64,000 nucleotides of DNA from Candidatus Bathyarchaeia archaeon (GTDB taxonomy: Archaea > Thermoproteota > CALKCG01 > B24). Below are positions 28,424 through 38,039 of this stretch, in pieces. Each line of letters begins with the position of its first letter. The first letter of the stretch is position 1. The stretch lies in NCBI GenBank assembly GCA_038870975.1, contig JAVZJD010000002.1, positions 544,001 through 608,000 of the forward strand, given 5' to 3'. The notes below the pieces were generated by a model. The model was not told the origin of the DNA. It was given only the letters and a program-made list of their open reading frames with translations, and ran no database searches. A program made the position numbers and the translations under genes.

Positions 28424-29515
28424 CTATATAACTTCTGTTTCAGATGCAAGTCTTTCGGCTTCGGCTCTAGTTAAACCTTTAACTCCTATAATGGTCAATC
28501 TTTCTGGTCTTATCCTATGCGCTTTTGTAAGCGCTTCTACGATATACTCTGGGTCTATACCTAATTGCTTGGCATTGACGGGGGCACCAATCTTCATGAG
28601 GAAGTTTCTAATATCCTCCCAATTAAGCTTATGGAGATAAGCCATCATTATCGCCCCTACACCGCACTGCATACCATGTTCAGCACGTTCAAAACCATAC
28701 TTAAGCGATAACAGGTCTAAACTATGACTGAAGAGATGTTCTGCACCACTTGCTGGTCTACTACTGCCAGCTATACTCATGGAAACACCACTTCCTATCA
28801 AAGCTTTAACCACTGTTCTAACGGCTTTCTCACCTCCAGCTCTAATTATGTTGACACCGTTTTTAACTATGTTTGCAGCCATAAGTGCCATTGCTGCAGC
28901 GTACTCGCTATACTCTTCACCTTTAATCTTCTGTGCAAGGAGCCAATCATTCACAGCTACTATTTTAGATATTAAGTCTCCACATCCAGCAGCTAGACTT
29001 CTTCTGGATGCACTCGATATAATGGAGGTATCAGCTATTATGGCTACGGGAGCTCTGGCCTCTGTATATTCCACCCCCATGTTTTCAGTTATGTCCATCC
29101 TAAGTAGGAAGCTGACAACTGGGGATGCTATTCCGTCGTGTGATGCTGATGTTGGAAGACTTATGAACGGTTTGTCAAGCCACGCTGAGGCAAGTTTGGC
29201 AACATCGATAATTCGTCCACCTCCGACTCCTAGAACTACACTTGAGCCATCTGCCTTAAGCCTTTTAGCCAAGTTTTTAACATCCATATATGTAACTGGA
29301 TTGGATTCGACAACAAATGTTGAGACTTTGAAACCATTATCTGAAAGCAGTGAGTAGACTCTTTCGGCTATATTCTTAGTGAACGTCGCACCGGAGACAA
29401 GTTGTATTTTACCTCCAAGATGGAGCTTTTTAACAGCATACGGTAGTTTTTGAATAGCTTCGGCACCCATTATTACACATCTTGGAAACTCCATAATTTC
29501 CGTTTTAAAAGACAT
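28424..29515 (-). CDS. egsA: sn-glycerol-1-phosphate dehydrogenase
   Basis: GGGRIIDVAK, PTSASHDGIASP, SRPASGAEHLFSH, HG.QCG. Confidence 0.95.
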   Translation of the reverse strand: MSFKTEIMEFPRCVIMGAEAIQKLPYAVKKLHLGGKIQLVSGATFTKNIAERVYSLLSDNGFKVSTFVVESNPVTYMDVKNLAKRLKADGSSVVLGVGGGRIIDVAKLASAWLDKPFISLPTSASHDGIASPVVSFLLRMDITENMGVEYTEARAPVAIIADTSIISSASRRSLAAGCGDLISKIVAVNDWLLAQKIKGEEYSEYAAAMALMAANIVKNGVNIIRAGGEKAVRTVVKALIGSGVSMSIAGSSRPASGAEHLFSHSLDLLSLKYGFERAEHGMQCGVGAIMMAYLHKLNWEDIRNFLMKIGAPVNAKQLGIDPEYIVEALTKAHRIRPERLTIIGVKGLTRAEAERLASETEVI

Positions 29516-29633
29516 TGAACTCTAAAGAGTAATTTCTACTTAAAAGGGTTTAAATTTTATTCAACATGGTTATGTTTGAGTCTAGTTTACGTAAAAGCTA
29601 GATACTTCAAGTTTTTCATGGTAGAGTATTCGG

Positions 29634-31166
29634 TTAGACTATTCCGATGGGTAGTCCATCTCCGCGAATATCCGTATATCCAGCTTTCAATCTGCCTTTA
29701 ACTTCAACAATAGAAGCTATGCCCATTCTAGCGGGATAACTTAGTTTCTTAAGCTCATATCCTTCTATACAATTGCCAACATAACCTTCTTCAAATTCTA
29801 TAAGAGCTGTACCGGGGTTCCACTGAAACCTCGGATGCTCTATGGCCTCTTGAGGGGGGAGCTCATAATCGATAATATTCGTCATTAATTGGCTATGAAA
29901 TAGCGGTCTATAATGTCCACCTGAAATTCCAACAGCCATAAGACTGCCACAATCATCCATCAAAACGGCGGAAAGTGTATGCAGGGGCTTTTTACGCGGT
30001 TCAAGTCTATTTACATGGTTTACATCTAGAGAGAATGAAGAAGCACGAGAATTCAAAGTAACGTTAAAGTTTGGTTCAGTGATGTAAGAGCCAAAATTAT
30101 GGAAAATACTCTGAATTGCAGATACTATCCAGCCTTCTTCATCGGCTACCGCAAAAAACGTCGTATCGCCGTCATAGAGCCCTTTAGTCTTGTTACTCAA
30201 TGAAATCTTCATGGCTTTAATGAAACTATCAGAAAGCAGTTCGTGGATCTTCAACCTCATAAATCTCGCATCTGTAACATATTGGTTTCTAATATCGTAG
30301 GCTGTCTTTGCAACATCAACAATTGTTTTAATCCGATCTATGGATTTGGACTGAAGGCTTTTAAGATCAAAGTCCTCTAAAAGTTTTAGAATATGTAGTG
30401 TTGTTATCCCCTGCGTGTTTGGAGGCATTTCATAAACCCTCCTACCACGGTAATCAATTGATATTGGAGTGCCAAACTCACTCTTATAATCTCTAAAGTC
30501 TTTCAGTTCTAGTATGCCGCCGAGAGAATTAACGTATTCTACGATGCTTTCAGCGATTTCACCCTCATAGAAACACCTTGGGTCAAAGCTTATCGATTCT
30601 AAGGCTTTAGCAAGACCTTTAAACGCTATTATGTCGCCTTCACGTGGAGGTTTTCCGTCTATTAGGTACGCTTCTCTTGAACCCCTATCGCTCGCAAGCT
30701 CATTTCTAAAGTTGTTGATAGCTCTACAGAGGCTTTGAGTAGCTGGAAAGCCCCGGGCAATTTTAATAGATGGAAGAATAAGCCTATTCCACTCCAATCT
30801 TCCGAACTTTCTCCATAAATTATATAGACCGTCAACCAATCCAGGTATAGAGATACAATAAACTCCATGAGACGGCATAGAGGAGAAACCTGAGCTTAAC
30901 ATGAAATCTAGTGTAAGCCTACTAGGAGTATAGCCACTTCCATTTAGAAAATACGTGTGCCCATCTGGGTCCATTAATAGAGCGAAAAAGTCTCCACCGA
31001 TTCCAGAAAGATGGGGTAAGACTACGCTTAATGAAAAACTTACAGCTACCGTAGCGTCAACAGCGTTTCCACCATCTTTTAAAACGCTAGCACCAACCAT
31101 AGAAGCTAAAGGATGTTCGGATGCAACAACACCATACAGAGAGTAAAACGGAGATTTGAAGTACAT
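29634..31166 (-). CDS. ggt: Gamma-glutamyltranspeptidase
   Basis: GGNAVDA, SGIGGD, PPNTQG, autoproteolytic DTT, K.PLHTL. Confidence 0.92.
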   Translation of the reverse strand: MYFKSPFYSLYGVVASEHPLASMVGASVLKDGGNAVDATVAVSFSLSVVLPHLSGIGGDFFALLMDPDGHTYFLNGSGYTPSRLTLDFMLSSGFSSMPSHGVYCISIPGLVDGLYNLWRKFGRLEWNRLILPSIKIARGFPATQSLCRAINNFRNELASDRGSREAYLIDGKPPREGDIIAFKGLAKALESISFDPRCFYEGEIAESIVEYVNSLGGILELKDFRDYKSEFGTPISIDYRGRRVYEMPPNTQGITTLHILKLLEDFDLKSLQSKSIDRIKTIVDVAKTAYDIRNQYVTDARFMRLKIHELLSDSFIKAMKISLSNKTKGLYDGDTTFFAVADEEGWIVSAIQSIFHNFGSYITEPNFNVTLNSRASSFSLDVNHVNRLEPRKKPLHTLSAVLMDDCGSLMAVGISGGHYRPLFHSQLMTNIIDYELPPQEAIEHPRFQWNPGTALIEFEEGYVGNCIEGYELKKLSYPARMGIASIVEVKGRLKAGYTDIRGDGLPIGIV

Positions 31167-31229
31167 GGAATAGGAGTATTTAGAAGGCTGTATAAAACAT
31201 TAACGACTTGTATTAACAAGGCTCTAAAT

Positions 31230-31604
31230 TTAAACTTTATAATGGAAACACGACTTATATCCTTCGTGGCAAGCGTATCCTATTTGGTTTACTTTAAGCA
31301 ATACTGAGTCACGGTCACAGTCTATATATACTTCTTTTACGAGCTGTATATGTCCAGATTCTTCACCTTTGCGCCAAAGCTTCTTTCGAGATAAGCTCCA
31401 ATAGTGGGCTAAACCTGTTGTCAGCGTTCTTATAAATGCCTCTTTATTCATGAAAGCTACCATTAGAACCTCTCCCGTGGAAACATCTTGGGCAACAGCT
31501 ACTACGAAGCCTCCATTGTGTTTGTAGTTTAAAGAATCAGCTAATTTTTCAACCTCTTTAAGATTCACAGTGTGGCTACTCACTTTGAACACTTCTCCCT
31601 CCAT
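31230..31604 (-). CDS. hisI: Phosphoribosyl-AMP cyclohydrolase
   Basis: W.KGEESG, DCDRD, ACHEG..SCF. Confidence 0.95.
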   Translation of the reverse strand: MEGEVFKVSSHTVNLKEVEKLADSLNYKHNGGFVVAVAQDVSTGEVLMVAFMNKEAFIRTLTTGLAHYWSLSRKKLWRKGEESGHIQLVKEVYIDCDRDSVLLKVNQIGYACHEGYKSCFHYKV

Positions 31605-31902
31605 GACCTAACAACCTCCTCCTAATGAGTTCTTCAGGGATCTTGCTTGACTGAATTTTCATGAACGCAGCTAAGACAAGAACATGGTATATGAGGTCTG
31701 ATGCTTCGCTTACAGTGTCTCTTTCAGAGTATCTATAAGCGGCTTCAATAAGCTCTAAACATTCTTCAAGGATTTTATCAAGTATCGCCTCCAAGCCCTC
31801 TGACATAAGCTTACAAGTATAAGAGCTATTGATGGGCTTATCACGTCTCTCTTCTATAATTCTGTAAAGCTCATCTATAAAATGCCAACTCATATTGACC
31901 AC
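31576..31902 (-). CDS. hisE: Phosphoribosyl-ATP pyrophosphohydrolase
   Basis: SYT, K..EE..E, E.SDL.YH. Confidence 0.92.
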   Translation of the reverse strand: MVNMSWHFIDELYRIIEERRDKPINSSYTCKLMSEGLEAILDKILEECLELIEAAYRYSERDTVSEASDLIYHVLVLAAFMKIQSSKIPEELIRRRLLGHGGRSVQSE

Positions 31903-31949
31903 TTCTTGAACATATCCATACTCAGTATCAATGCCTTTTAATGCCTAAA

Positions 31950-33227
31950 CTATAGGCCTATTAATGTACTTCTTATTTTTAAAGCATTGTAATGCATTTC
32001 TAACCCTTCTACACGCGCCATTATTTCTGCAAATCTTTTAAGCATCCTAAACCCTTCTTCGTCGGCAATTTGGACAGTTAAATCCTTCATAAGGTGGAGT
32101 GGATTGAGACCCGATGAAAATCTAGCAGCACCGTGAGTAGGTAGAACGTGACTCACTCCAGTTGCATAGTCTCCGAGAGCAACTGGCGTTAGCGGACCTA
32201 TGAAAATTGAACCCGCGTTTCTTATTTTCTCCAATGCCTCCTCCGTATTTTTAAGCATTATTTCAAGGTGTTCAGGAGCATACATGTTTATAAATTCAAT
32301 AGCCTCCTCTAAGCTATCAGCTATGAATAATCCCCCTCTTTCAAAGCTCTCAAGAGTAAGTGAGTCAGCAGAAGTATCTAGGATTTTTGAAACCTCCAAA
32401 GCAAGCTTTTCAGAAGTTGAAATGAGTATTGTTGAGGCATATGGATGCTCAGCTTGAGATAAAAGATCTGCTGCTATCAATGCTGGGTCTGCTGACTCAT
32501 CTGCTAGTATTAGTATTTCACTTGGACCAGCAGGTAAGTCGATGCCGACATCTCCGTAAACTAAACGCTTAGCTACTTCAACATAAGGTCCTCCGGGTCC
32601 AATTATTTTATCAACCTTAGGTATGGTTTCCGTTCCATATGCCATAGCCGCAATAGCTTGTGCACCGCCCACTCTGAATGCTTCGTCAACACCAGCGATT
32701 TTCATAGCTGCAAGTACTATTGGTTTAATATTCTTAGGAGGAGTACAGACTATGACTCTACGAACCCCAACAGTCTTCGCGAGTGTAACAGTCATTAAGA
32801 TAGTCGAGGGGTAGGGATTAGTACCGCCTGGTATATAGACGCCGATGCTATCGATGGGTTTCCACACCACGTATATTCGCAAGCCTTTTACAGGCTCTAT
32901 AAGCCTGTTTTCAGGTAAAAGTCCTAGACATACTTTCTCCACGTTGGAGCGTATAAATTCCATGGCTTCCAATGTAGTGCCATCTAACATACTGTAGGCT
33001 ACATCCATTTCTTCACGTAGTATTCTTAAGTTTTTATGGTTCAATTCCACACCATCGTAGAGCTTAGTATATTCTATGATTGCGGCGTCCCCTTTCAATT
33101 TTACATTTTCAACTATTTCCATTACGGTCTTTCTAATGCTTCCTATTTCTGGTAACCCTCTTTTCTGAAGATACCTTATATCATCCTGCGATAGAACTTT
33201 CAATCTAATTGGTTTTAAACGTGTCAA
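31950..33227 (-). CDS. hisD: Histidinol dehydrogenase
   Basis: YIPGG, GGAQAI, AGPSE, SQAEH, APEHLE. Confidence 0.96.
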   Translation of the reverse strand: MTRLKPIRLKVLSQDDIRYLQKRGLPEIGSIRKTVMEIVENVKLKGDAAIIEYTKLYDGVELNHKNLRILREEMDVAYSMLDGTTLEAMEFIRSNVEKVCLGLLPENRLIEPVKGLRIYVVWKPIDSIGVYIPGGTNPYPSTILMTVTLAKTVGVRRVIVCTPPKNIKPIVLAAMKIAGVDEAFRVGGAQAIAAMAYGTETIPKVDKIIGPGGPYVEVAKRLVYGDVGIDLPAGPSEILILADESADPALIAADLLSQAEHPYASTILISTSEKLALEVSKILDTSADSLTLESFERGGLFIADSLEEAIEFINMYAPEHLEIMLKNTEEALEKIRNAGSIFIGPLTPVALGDYATGVSHVLPTHGAARFSSGLNPLHLMKDLTVQIADEEGFRMLKRFAEIMARVEGLEMHYNALKIRSTLIGL

Positions 33228-33814
33228 ATTAGAACCCCCTTTGTACTTTGAATGTTACTCCGATTTTCAGCTTCAACCTTACATGCTTCTCTTAAAGCTA
33301 GGGCTAAAGCCTTGAATAGTGCTTCGAAAACATGGTGGGCATCCTCTCCGTATATATGGGAGACATGTATTGTAAGTCTGCCCGATTGAGCCAAACTGCG
33401 TAGGAAATGCTTTAGAATATTGAAGTCTAGTCCTTCAGCGAATCCGACGAATTGACCTTCCACATGCAGATACGGTCTGCCTGAAATATCTAGGGAAACC
33501 TCTGCCAGAGCGTCATCCATAGGTATTATTGCGAAGCCAAATCTCCGTATGCCTTTTCTATCCCCTAGAGACTTATTCAAAGCTTCGCCTATTGTTAAAG
33601 CTACATCTTCTACGATGTGGTGAACATTAGGCATTTTCAATGCATTTGCAGATACCTTCAAATCCATCGAGCTGTGCTTCGACAATGTCTCAAGCATATG
33701 ATCGAAAAATGGATAGCCTGTCTTAATCTCTGAAGTGCCTGAACCGTCTAAATTAAGCTCAACTCTAACGTAGGTTTCTAGCGTTTTTCTTTCGCAGACG
33801 GCGATTCTATCCAT
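33224..33814 (-). CDS. hisB: Imidazoleglycerol-phosphate dehydratase
   Basis: FFDHML, HHIVED, PMDDA, HH..EA.FKA. Confidence 0.96.
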   Translation of the reverse strand: MDRIAVCERKTLETYVRVELNLDGSGTSEIKTGYPFFDHMLETLSKHSSMDLKVSANALKMPNVHHIVEDVALTIGEALNKSLGDRKGIRRFGFAIIPMDDALAEVSLDISGRPYLHVEGQFVGFAEGLDFNILKHFLRSLAQSGRLTIHVSHIYGEDAHHVFEALFKALALALREACKVEAENRSNIQSTKGVLI

Positions 33815-34529
33815 TTTGAGCCACCTCCATAGCTTCTCTCAAACTAAAACGTTTCTCATATAAAGCTCTACCTAGTATGACACCATAAACACCGACCTTC
33901 TTTAGGGTCAAAATGTCTTGAATAGAGGATACTCCACCAGCGTAAAACATGGGTTTCTCGATTGTCTTTAGAATCTCCTTCAATGCTTCTAAATAGACAC
34001 CTGAAGCTAAACCCTCCCGGTGAACATCCGTGTAAAGTATGCCCCAGAACATACTGGAGTCTAGTATTTCGATTGCGTCATGTAGTTTGATGCCCGTGGT
34101 TTCAGTCCAACCTCTCTTAACTATCAAACCATGCTTGACATCTAGGGCTACTATGATTTTTTCAGGACCAACGGCTTCAACAATTTTCTTAAATAGTTTT
34201 AAGTCTTCAAATACCACCGTTCCAAGGATTATACGGTGGGCACCTGCATTAACAAAATACAGGGCATCTTCAACCGACCCTATCCCGCCACCAACTTGTA
34301 CTGGTACATCTACTTGTTTAAGTATTTCGAAAATCACAGACCTATTTACTCTTGAACGTTCCATTGCACCGTTTAAATCTACTACATGCAAGAGTTGGGC
34401 GCCTTCTTCAACCCAGTATTTAGCCATACTAACGGGGTCGAGGGGGAGACTCATACCTGTCCCAGGTTTCCCCTGGACTAGTTTTACGCATCTTCCATCT
34501 TTAATGTCTATGGATGGCACAACTTTCAT
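33807..34529 (-). CDS. hisA: ProFAR isomerase
   Basis: P.ID...G.CVKL.QG, LHVVDL, VGGGI, GW, YTD. Confidence 0.93.
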   Translation of the reverse strand: MKVVPSIDIKDGRCVKLVQGKPGTGMSLPLDPVSMAKYWVEEGAQLLHVVDLNGAMERSRVNRSVIFEILKQVDVPVQVGGGIGSVEDALYFVNAGAHRIILGTVVFEDLKLFKKIVEAVGPEKIIVALDVKHGLIVKRGWTETTGIKLHDAIEILDSSMFWGILYTDVHREGLASGVYLEALKEILKTIEKPMFYAGGVSSIQDILTLKKVGVYGVILGRALYEKRFSLREAMEVAQNG

Positions 34530-35386
34530 GGGATAACCCTCTCTATAGGCACCACTAGAAGGTCACGTGCGCCAGATTTCTTAGCAAGATTTATTATTTT
34601 GTAGACCTCATTTTCATCTATAACCGTGTAAACTTCCCACATTTTCTCTTCAGCTTTTACTTCTGCAACGGTAGGCCCCGCCATGGCTGGTAGAATTGAT
34701 AAGACCCTATTTAGAAACTTATCGGGTACATTCATCATGAGAAGCTTTTTACCTTTAGCCTTAAGAACACTTTCGAGTGCGAGTTTAATCTCCATTATTT
34801 TGTCGTTTTTCACCTTTAGGCTGTTTCTATTCGCTATCAAACGAGATGAAGATTCAAGTAATACGTCTATCGGCTTTAAACCATGGATTTTTAAGGTAGT
34901 CCCCGTACTTGAAACATCTACAATTGCGTCTGCTACATTTAAGTGGGGCATTATTTCAGCAGCGCCTGTAATCGGTATGATCTCTACTTCCAGATTGAGA
35001 TGGTAGAAAAATCTGGAAGCTATATTAACGTATTTCGTTGCAATTTTAAGCCCTTCTTTCAAATCTCTAACAGTTTCGATTCCAGAGCCTTCTCTCACGG
35101 CTAGAACGAGAGAAGCCCTTCCAAACTTTAAGTCCAGTAGTTCTTCAACATCTGCGTTTGCTTCGACGACGTAGTCGTAACCTGTTATCCCTAGATCTGC
35201 GGCTCCTAATTCGACAAGCCTAGGTATATCTGCAGCCCTGGCGAATATTACATCAAGCTCAGAATCGTTTGTTCTACCGTAGAGCTTTCCTTTATCTAGA
35301 ACTTTTATGCCAGCCTCAGCCAAAATATCTAACGCTGGCTTGTGGAGTCTACCCTTATTCGGTAAAGCGAGTAAGACACCAGCCAT
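34526..35386 (-). CDS. hisG: ATP phosphoribosyltransferase (long form)
   Basis: ALPNKGRL, DLGITG.D, ATKY, D..STG.TL. Confidence 0.96.
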   Translation of the reverse strand: MAGVLLALPNKGRLHKPALDILAEAGIKVLDKGKLYGRTNDSELDVIFARAADIPRLVELGAADLGITGYDYVVEANADVEELLDLKFGRASLVLAVREGSGIETVRDLKEGLKIATKYVNIASRFFYHLNLEVEIIPITGAAEIMPHLNVADAIVDVSSTGTTLKIHGLKPIDVLLESSSRLIANRNSLKVKNDKIMEIKLALESVLKAKGKKLLMMNVPDKFLNRVLSILPAMAGPTVAEVKAEEKMWEVYTVIDENEVYKIINLAKKSGARDLLVVPIERVIP

Positions 35387-35389
35387 ATG

Positions 35390-36460
35390 TTAATCACCTT
35401 TGGAGCTTAAAATCGCTTCTAAAGCCTTAATGAACATGGTATTTTCATAGTCTGTTCCAACAGTGACTCTAATAAAGTCTCCTTTAAAACCATCTAGAAC
35501 ACCTATCGCTCTGATGGAGATGCCACGTTTTAGAAGTCTAGCCGAAACTTGTTTTGAAGAGAGACCTGAGTCTGATACATCTATGAGGATAAAATTCGCC
35601 TCTGAAGGATATGGCTTAATACAATTAAACCGTTTTAACGATTCATACAACGAGTTTTTAGCTTTCTTAATAGCTTCAACTTTAGCATCTACTATGTGCC
35701 AGTTTTCGAGAATCTTTAGAGCAGCCTCTTGAGCTATTAAAGAGATGTTGTAGGGTGGTTTGACTTTTAAAAGGTTTTCTACTACATGCCTTGGGGCAAG
35801 ACAATACCCTATCCTTAATCCGGCTAATCCACACGCCTTTGAGAAAGTTCTGAGTATTACTAAGTTTTCATAGTCTTTCAGCAATCTTACGGCCGTCTTG
35901 GCTGAGAATTCATAGTAGGCTTCATCTACAACCGTTAAAACACCTACCTTAAGTACTTCTTCAATCTGCTCTACAGATGGACCTAAACCAGTTGGGTTAT
36001 TTGGGTTTGGTAAAAAGAAGACTTCAATATTTCTAGAGGATAATGTCTGAATGACGGTAGCTAAGTTGAACGTAAAATCTGGATTTAAGGGGATTTTCAC
36101 TATGGAACCGCCAGCTATAGTTGCAAATCTCTCATACATTGGAAAGGTCGGGTGTAGAACAGCTACTTCAGCACCTTCGTAGACATAAGCTTTAACTATG
36201 AGGTCTATTATTTCATCCGAACCCGCCCCGATAACAACGTTATCGCTATTTAAACCGTTTCGTTCAGCTATTGCCTCTCTAAGCTTCTTAGGCTCTGGCG
36301 GATAGCGATTCACAAATCTTAAAACATTATTTATAGCCTCTAAGACCTCTTGAGGTGGAGGATATGGATTCTCATTGGCATCCAGTTTAACTATGTCTTT
36401 CATAAAGGGTTTTTCCTCATAAAGTGTCTCCGGGAGTTTCTTACGCTTTTTCACACGCAT
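35390..36460 (-). CDS. hisC: Histidinol-phosphate aminotransferase
   Basis: LDANENP, NPNNPTG, DEAY, RTFSKA.GLAGLR.G; start moved to the ATG at 36460, which follows a GGAGGA RBS. Confidence 0.95.
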   Translation of the reverse strand: MRVKKRKKLPETLYEEKPFMKDIVKLDANENPYPPPQEVLEAINNVLRFVNRYPPEPKKLREAIAERNGLNSDNVVIGAGSDEIIDLIVKAYVYEGAEVAVLHPTFPMYERFATIAGGSIVKIPLNPDFTFNLATVIQTLSSRNIEVFFLPNPNNPTGLGPSVEQIEEVLKVGVLTVVDEAYYEFSAKTAVRLLKDYENLVILRTFSKACGLAGLRIGYCLAPRHVVENLLKVKPPYNISLIAQEAALKILENWHIVDAKVEAIKKAKNSLYESLKRFNCIKPYPSEANFILIDVSDSGLSSKQVSARLLKRGISIRAIGVLDGFKGDFIRVTVGTDYENTMFIKALEAILSSKGD

Positions 36461-36466
36461 TCCTCC

Positions 36467-36519
36467 TGTGGGAAAAGTGTGGGATAAAAAATTAGTATGA
36501 CCCACAATTTATAAGTTTT
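36467..36519. promoter_or_regulatory. Divergent hisC / AbrB-ACT promoter with a repeated TGTGGG operator
   Basis: TGTGGGA at 36467 and 36478 (11-bp period), inverted CCCACA at 36501, TATA-like TTTATAAG at 36508. Confidence 0.55.
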
Positions 36520-36544
36520 ACTCTTCTAATGATATTTAGAGACT

Positions 36545-36952
36545 ATGCGTATAGCAAGTATTCAGAAGATTGATGCGAAAGGTAGGATTTCAATACCCGT
36601 GAAGGTCAGAGAGGCTTTAGGTTTAAAGGACGGCATGAGGGTTCTCCTGATCGCAGACGTAGAAGAGAGAAAAATCGCTATAAATCCATTTGCAGACCCC
36701 GAGGCTAAACTCGTAGAATTTAGAATAAGTCTTAACGATGTACCTGGGGCTTTAGCTAAAGCCGCTTCTATTCTCGCGAACAACGGTATAGACCTCCTAT
36801 TCTCAGAGTCTAGAACATTAAGACGTGGGGAGAGTGCCGAGTGGATCGCGATAGCAGATTACTCTAAATGTTTTAAACCCCTCGATAAGCTTGGAGAGGA
36901 GCTTATAAGTGAGAAGTGTGTAAAAGCTGTGGAATACAAGCCTTTAGATTAG
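36545..36952 (+). CDS. AbrB/SpoVT DNA-binding plus ACT domain regulator
   Basis: IDAKGRISIP..VRE.LG; D.PGALAK....LA..GID ACT motif. Confidence 0.85.
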   Translation: MRIASIQKIDAKGRISIPVKVREALGLKDGMRVLLIADVEERKIAINPFADPEAKLVEFRISLNDVPGALAKAASILANNGIDLLFSESRTLRRGESAEWIAIADYSKCFKPLDKLGEELISEKCVKAVEYKPLD

Positions 36953-36962
36953 GTGGTCTAGA

Positions 36963-37964
36963 ATGGTTAGGGTTCTACAGTATGGCGTTGGGTCGATAGG
37001 TTTAAGATTAACGAGGGCTTTGCAGTCAAAGCCTTGGATTGAAATAGTGGGGGCTGTGGATTCAGATGAAGCGAAAATAGGTAAAGATCTAGGTATAGTT
37101 GCTGGTCTTAGTAGGAGGCTTGATGTTAATGTCTATGGCAGTTTAACGGAGGCTTTAAAAAAAGTGGAGGCAGATATAGTCCTTCATGCTACAAGCTCTT
37201 GGCTGGATTTGGTTGAACCTCAGATATTGGAAATAGTTGAGAATGGGTTGAGTGTAATATCTACTTGCGAAGAATTAGCGTATCCATGGAGGAGGAATCC
37301 TGAGCCCGCTAAGCGTATAGATGATGCGGCTAGGAGAAACGGAGTCGTAGTACTTGGAACTGGGGTCAACCCAGGCTTCGTCTTAGATACTCTCGTTTTA
37401 ACCTTGACAACAATATGCATCAGCATCGATAGGATAGAGGCTTGGAGGATTGTTGATGCATCTAAAAGACGGCTTCCCCTCCAGAAGAAGATAGGATCTG
37501 GTATGAGTGTAGAGGAGTTCAGAGATGCCGCTCAAAAGGGTCGAATAGGACATATAGGCCTTAGAGAATCCTTTGATATGATTGCCGACAATTTAGGATG
37601 GAATTTTGACAGAGTTGAAGAGACTCTGAAACCTGTTGTAACATCTACGCCTATTGAAACGGAGATTTTCAAAATTAAACCGGGACAAGTTATAGGCGTC
37701 TCTCAAAGTCTAAGTGGGTTTATCAGAGGCGTTGAAAAGCTTAGACTTAATCTCCAAATGTACCTTCGAGCGGAAAACCCTAGAGATGCCGTCAAAATCG
37801 ACGGAGTACCAAACCTAGAATTTGAAGTTAAAAACGGCATACCTGGTGATGATGCTACTGTTGCAATCATAATGAATATGATTCCTAAGGTTTTAGATGC
37901 CGAACCCGGTCTAAAAACGATGAAAGATTTGAAGTTACCGTTTGCATGGCTTAAAGAACTTTAA
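36963..37964 (+). CDS. DapB-like NAD(P)-dependent amine dehydrogenase (2,4-diaminopentanoate dehydrogenase-like)
   Basis: YG.G.IG, STCEE, GTG.NPGF..D, GD.AT. Confidence 0.75.
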   Translation: MVRVLQYGVGSIGLRLTRALQSKPWIEIVGAVDSDEAKIGKDLGIVAGLSRRLDVNVYGSLTEALKKVEADIVLHATSSWLDLVEPQILEIVENGLSVISTCEELAYPWRRNPEPAKRIDDAARRNGVVVLGTGVNPGFVLDTLVLTLTTICISIDRIEAWRIVDASKRRLPLQKKIGSGMSVEEFRDAAQKGRIGHIGLRESFDMIADNLGWNFDRVEETLKPVVTSTPIETEIFKIKPGQVIGVSQSLSGFIRGVEKLRLNLQMYLRAENPRDAVKIDGVPNLEFEVKNGIPGDDATVAIIMNMIPKVLDAEPGLKTMKDLKLPFAWLKEL

Positions 37965-38016
37965 GCCCATTATCAAATGAAGTTGTGTGGAATTGTACAT
38001 TTTTCCGTAAGGGAAA

Positions 38017-38025
38017 TTTTTTTTT
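38017..38025 (+). terminator. Oligo-T terminator
   Basis: T9 tract downstream of the 36545-37964 gene pair. Confidence 0.45.
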
Positions 38026-38039
38026 CCAGATAAGGATGT

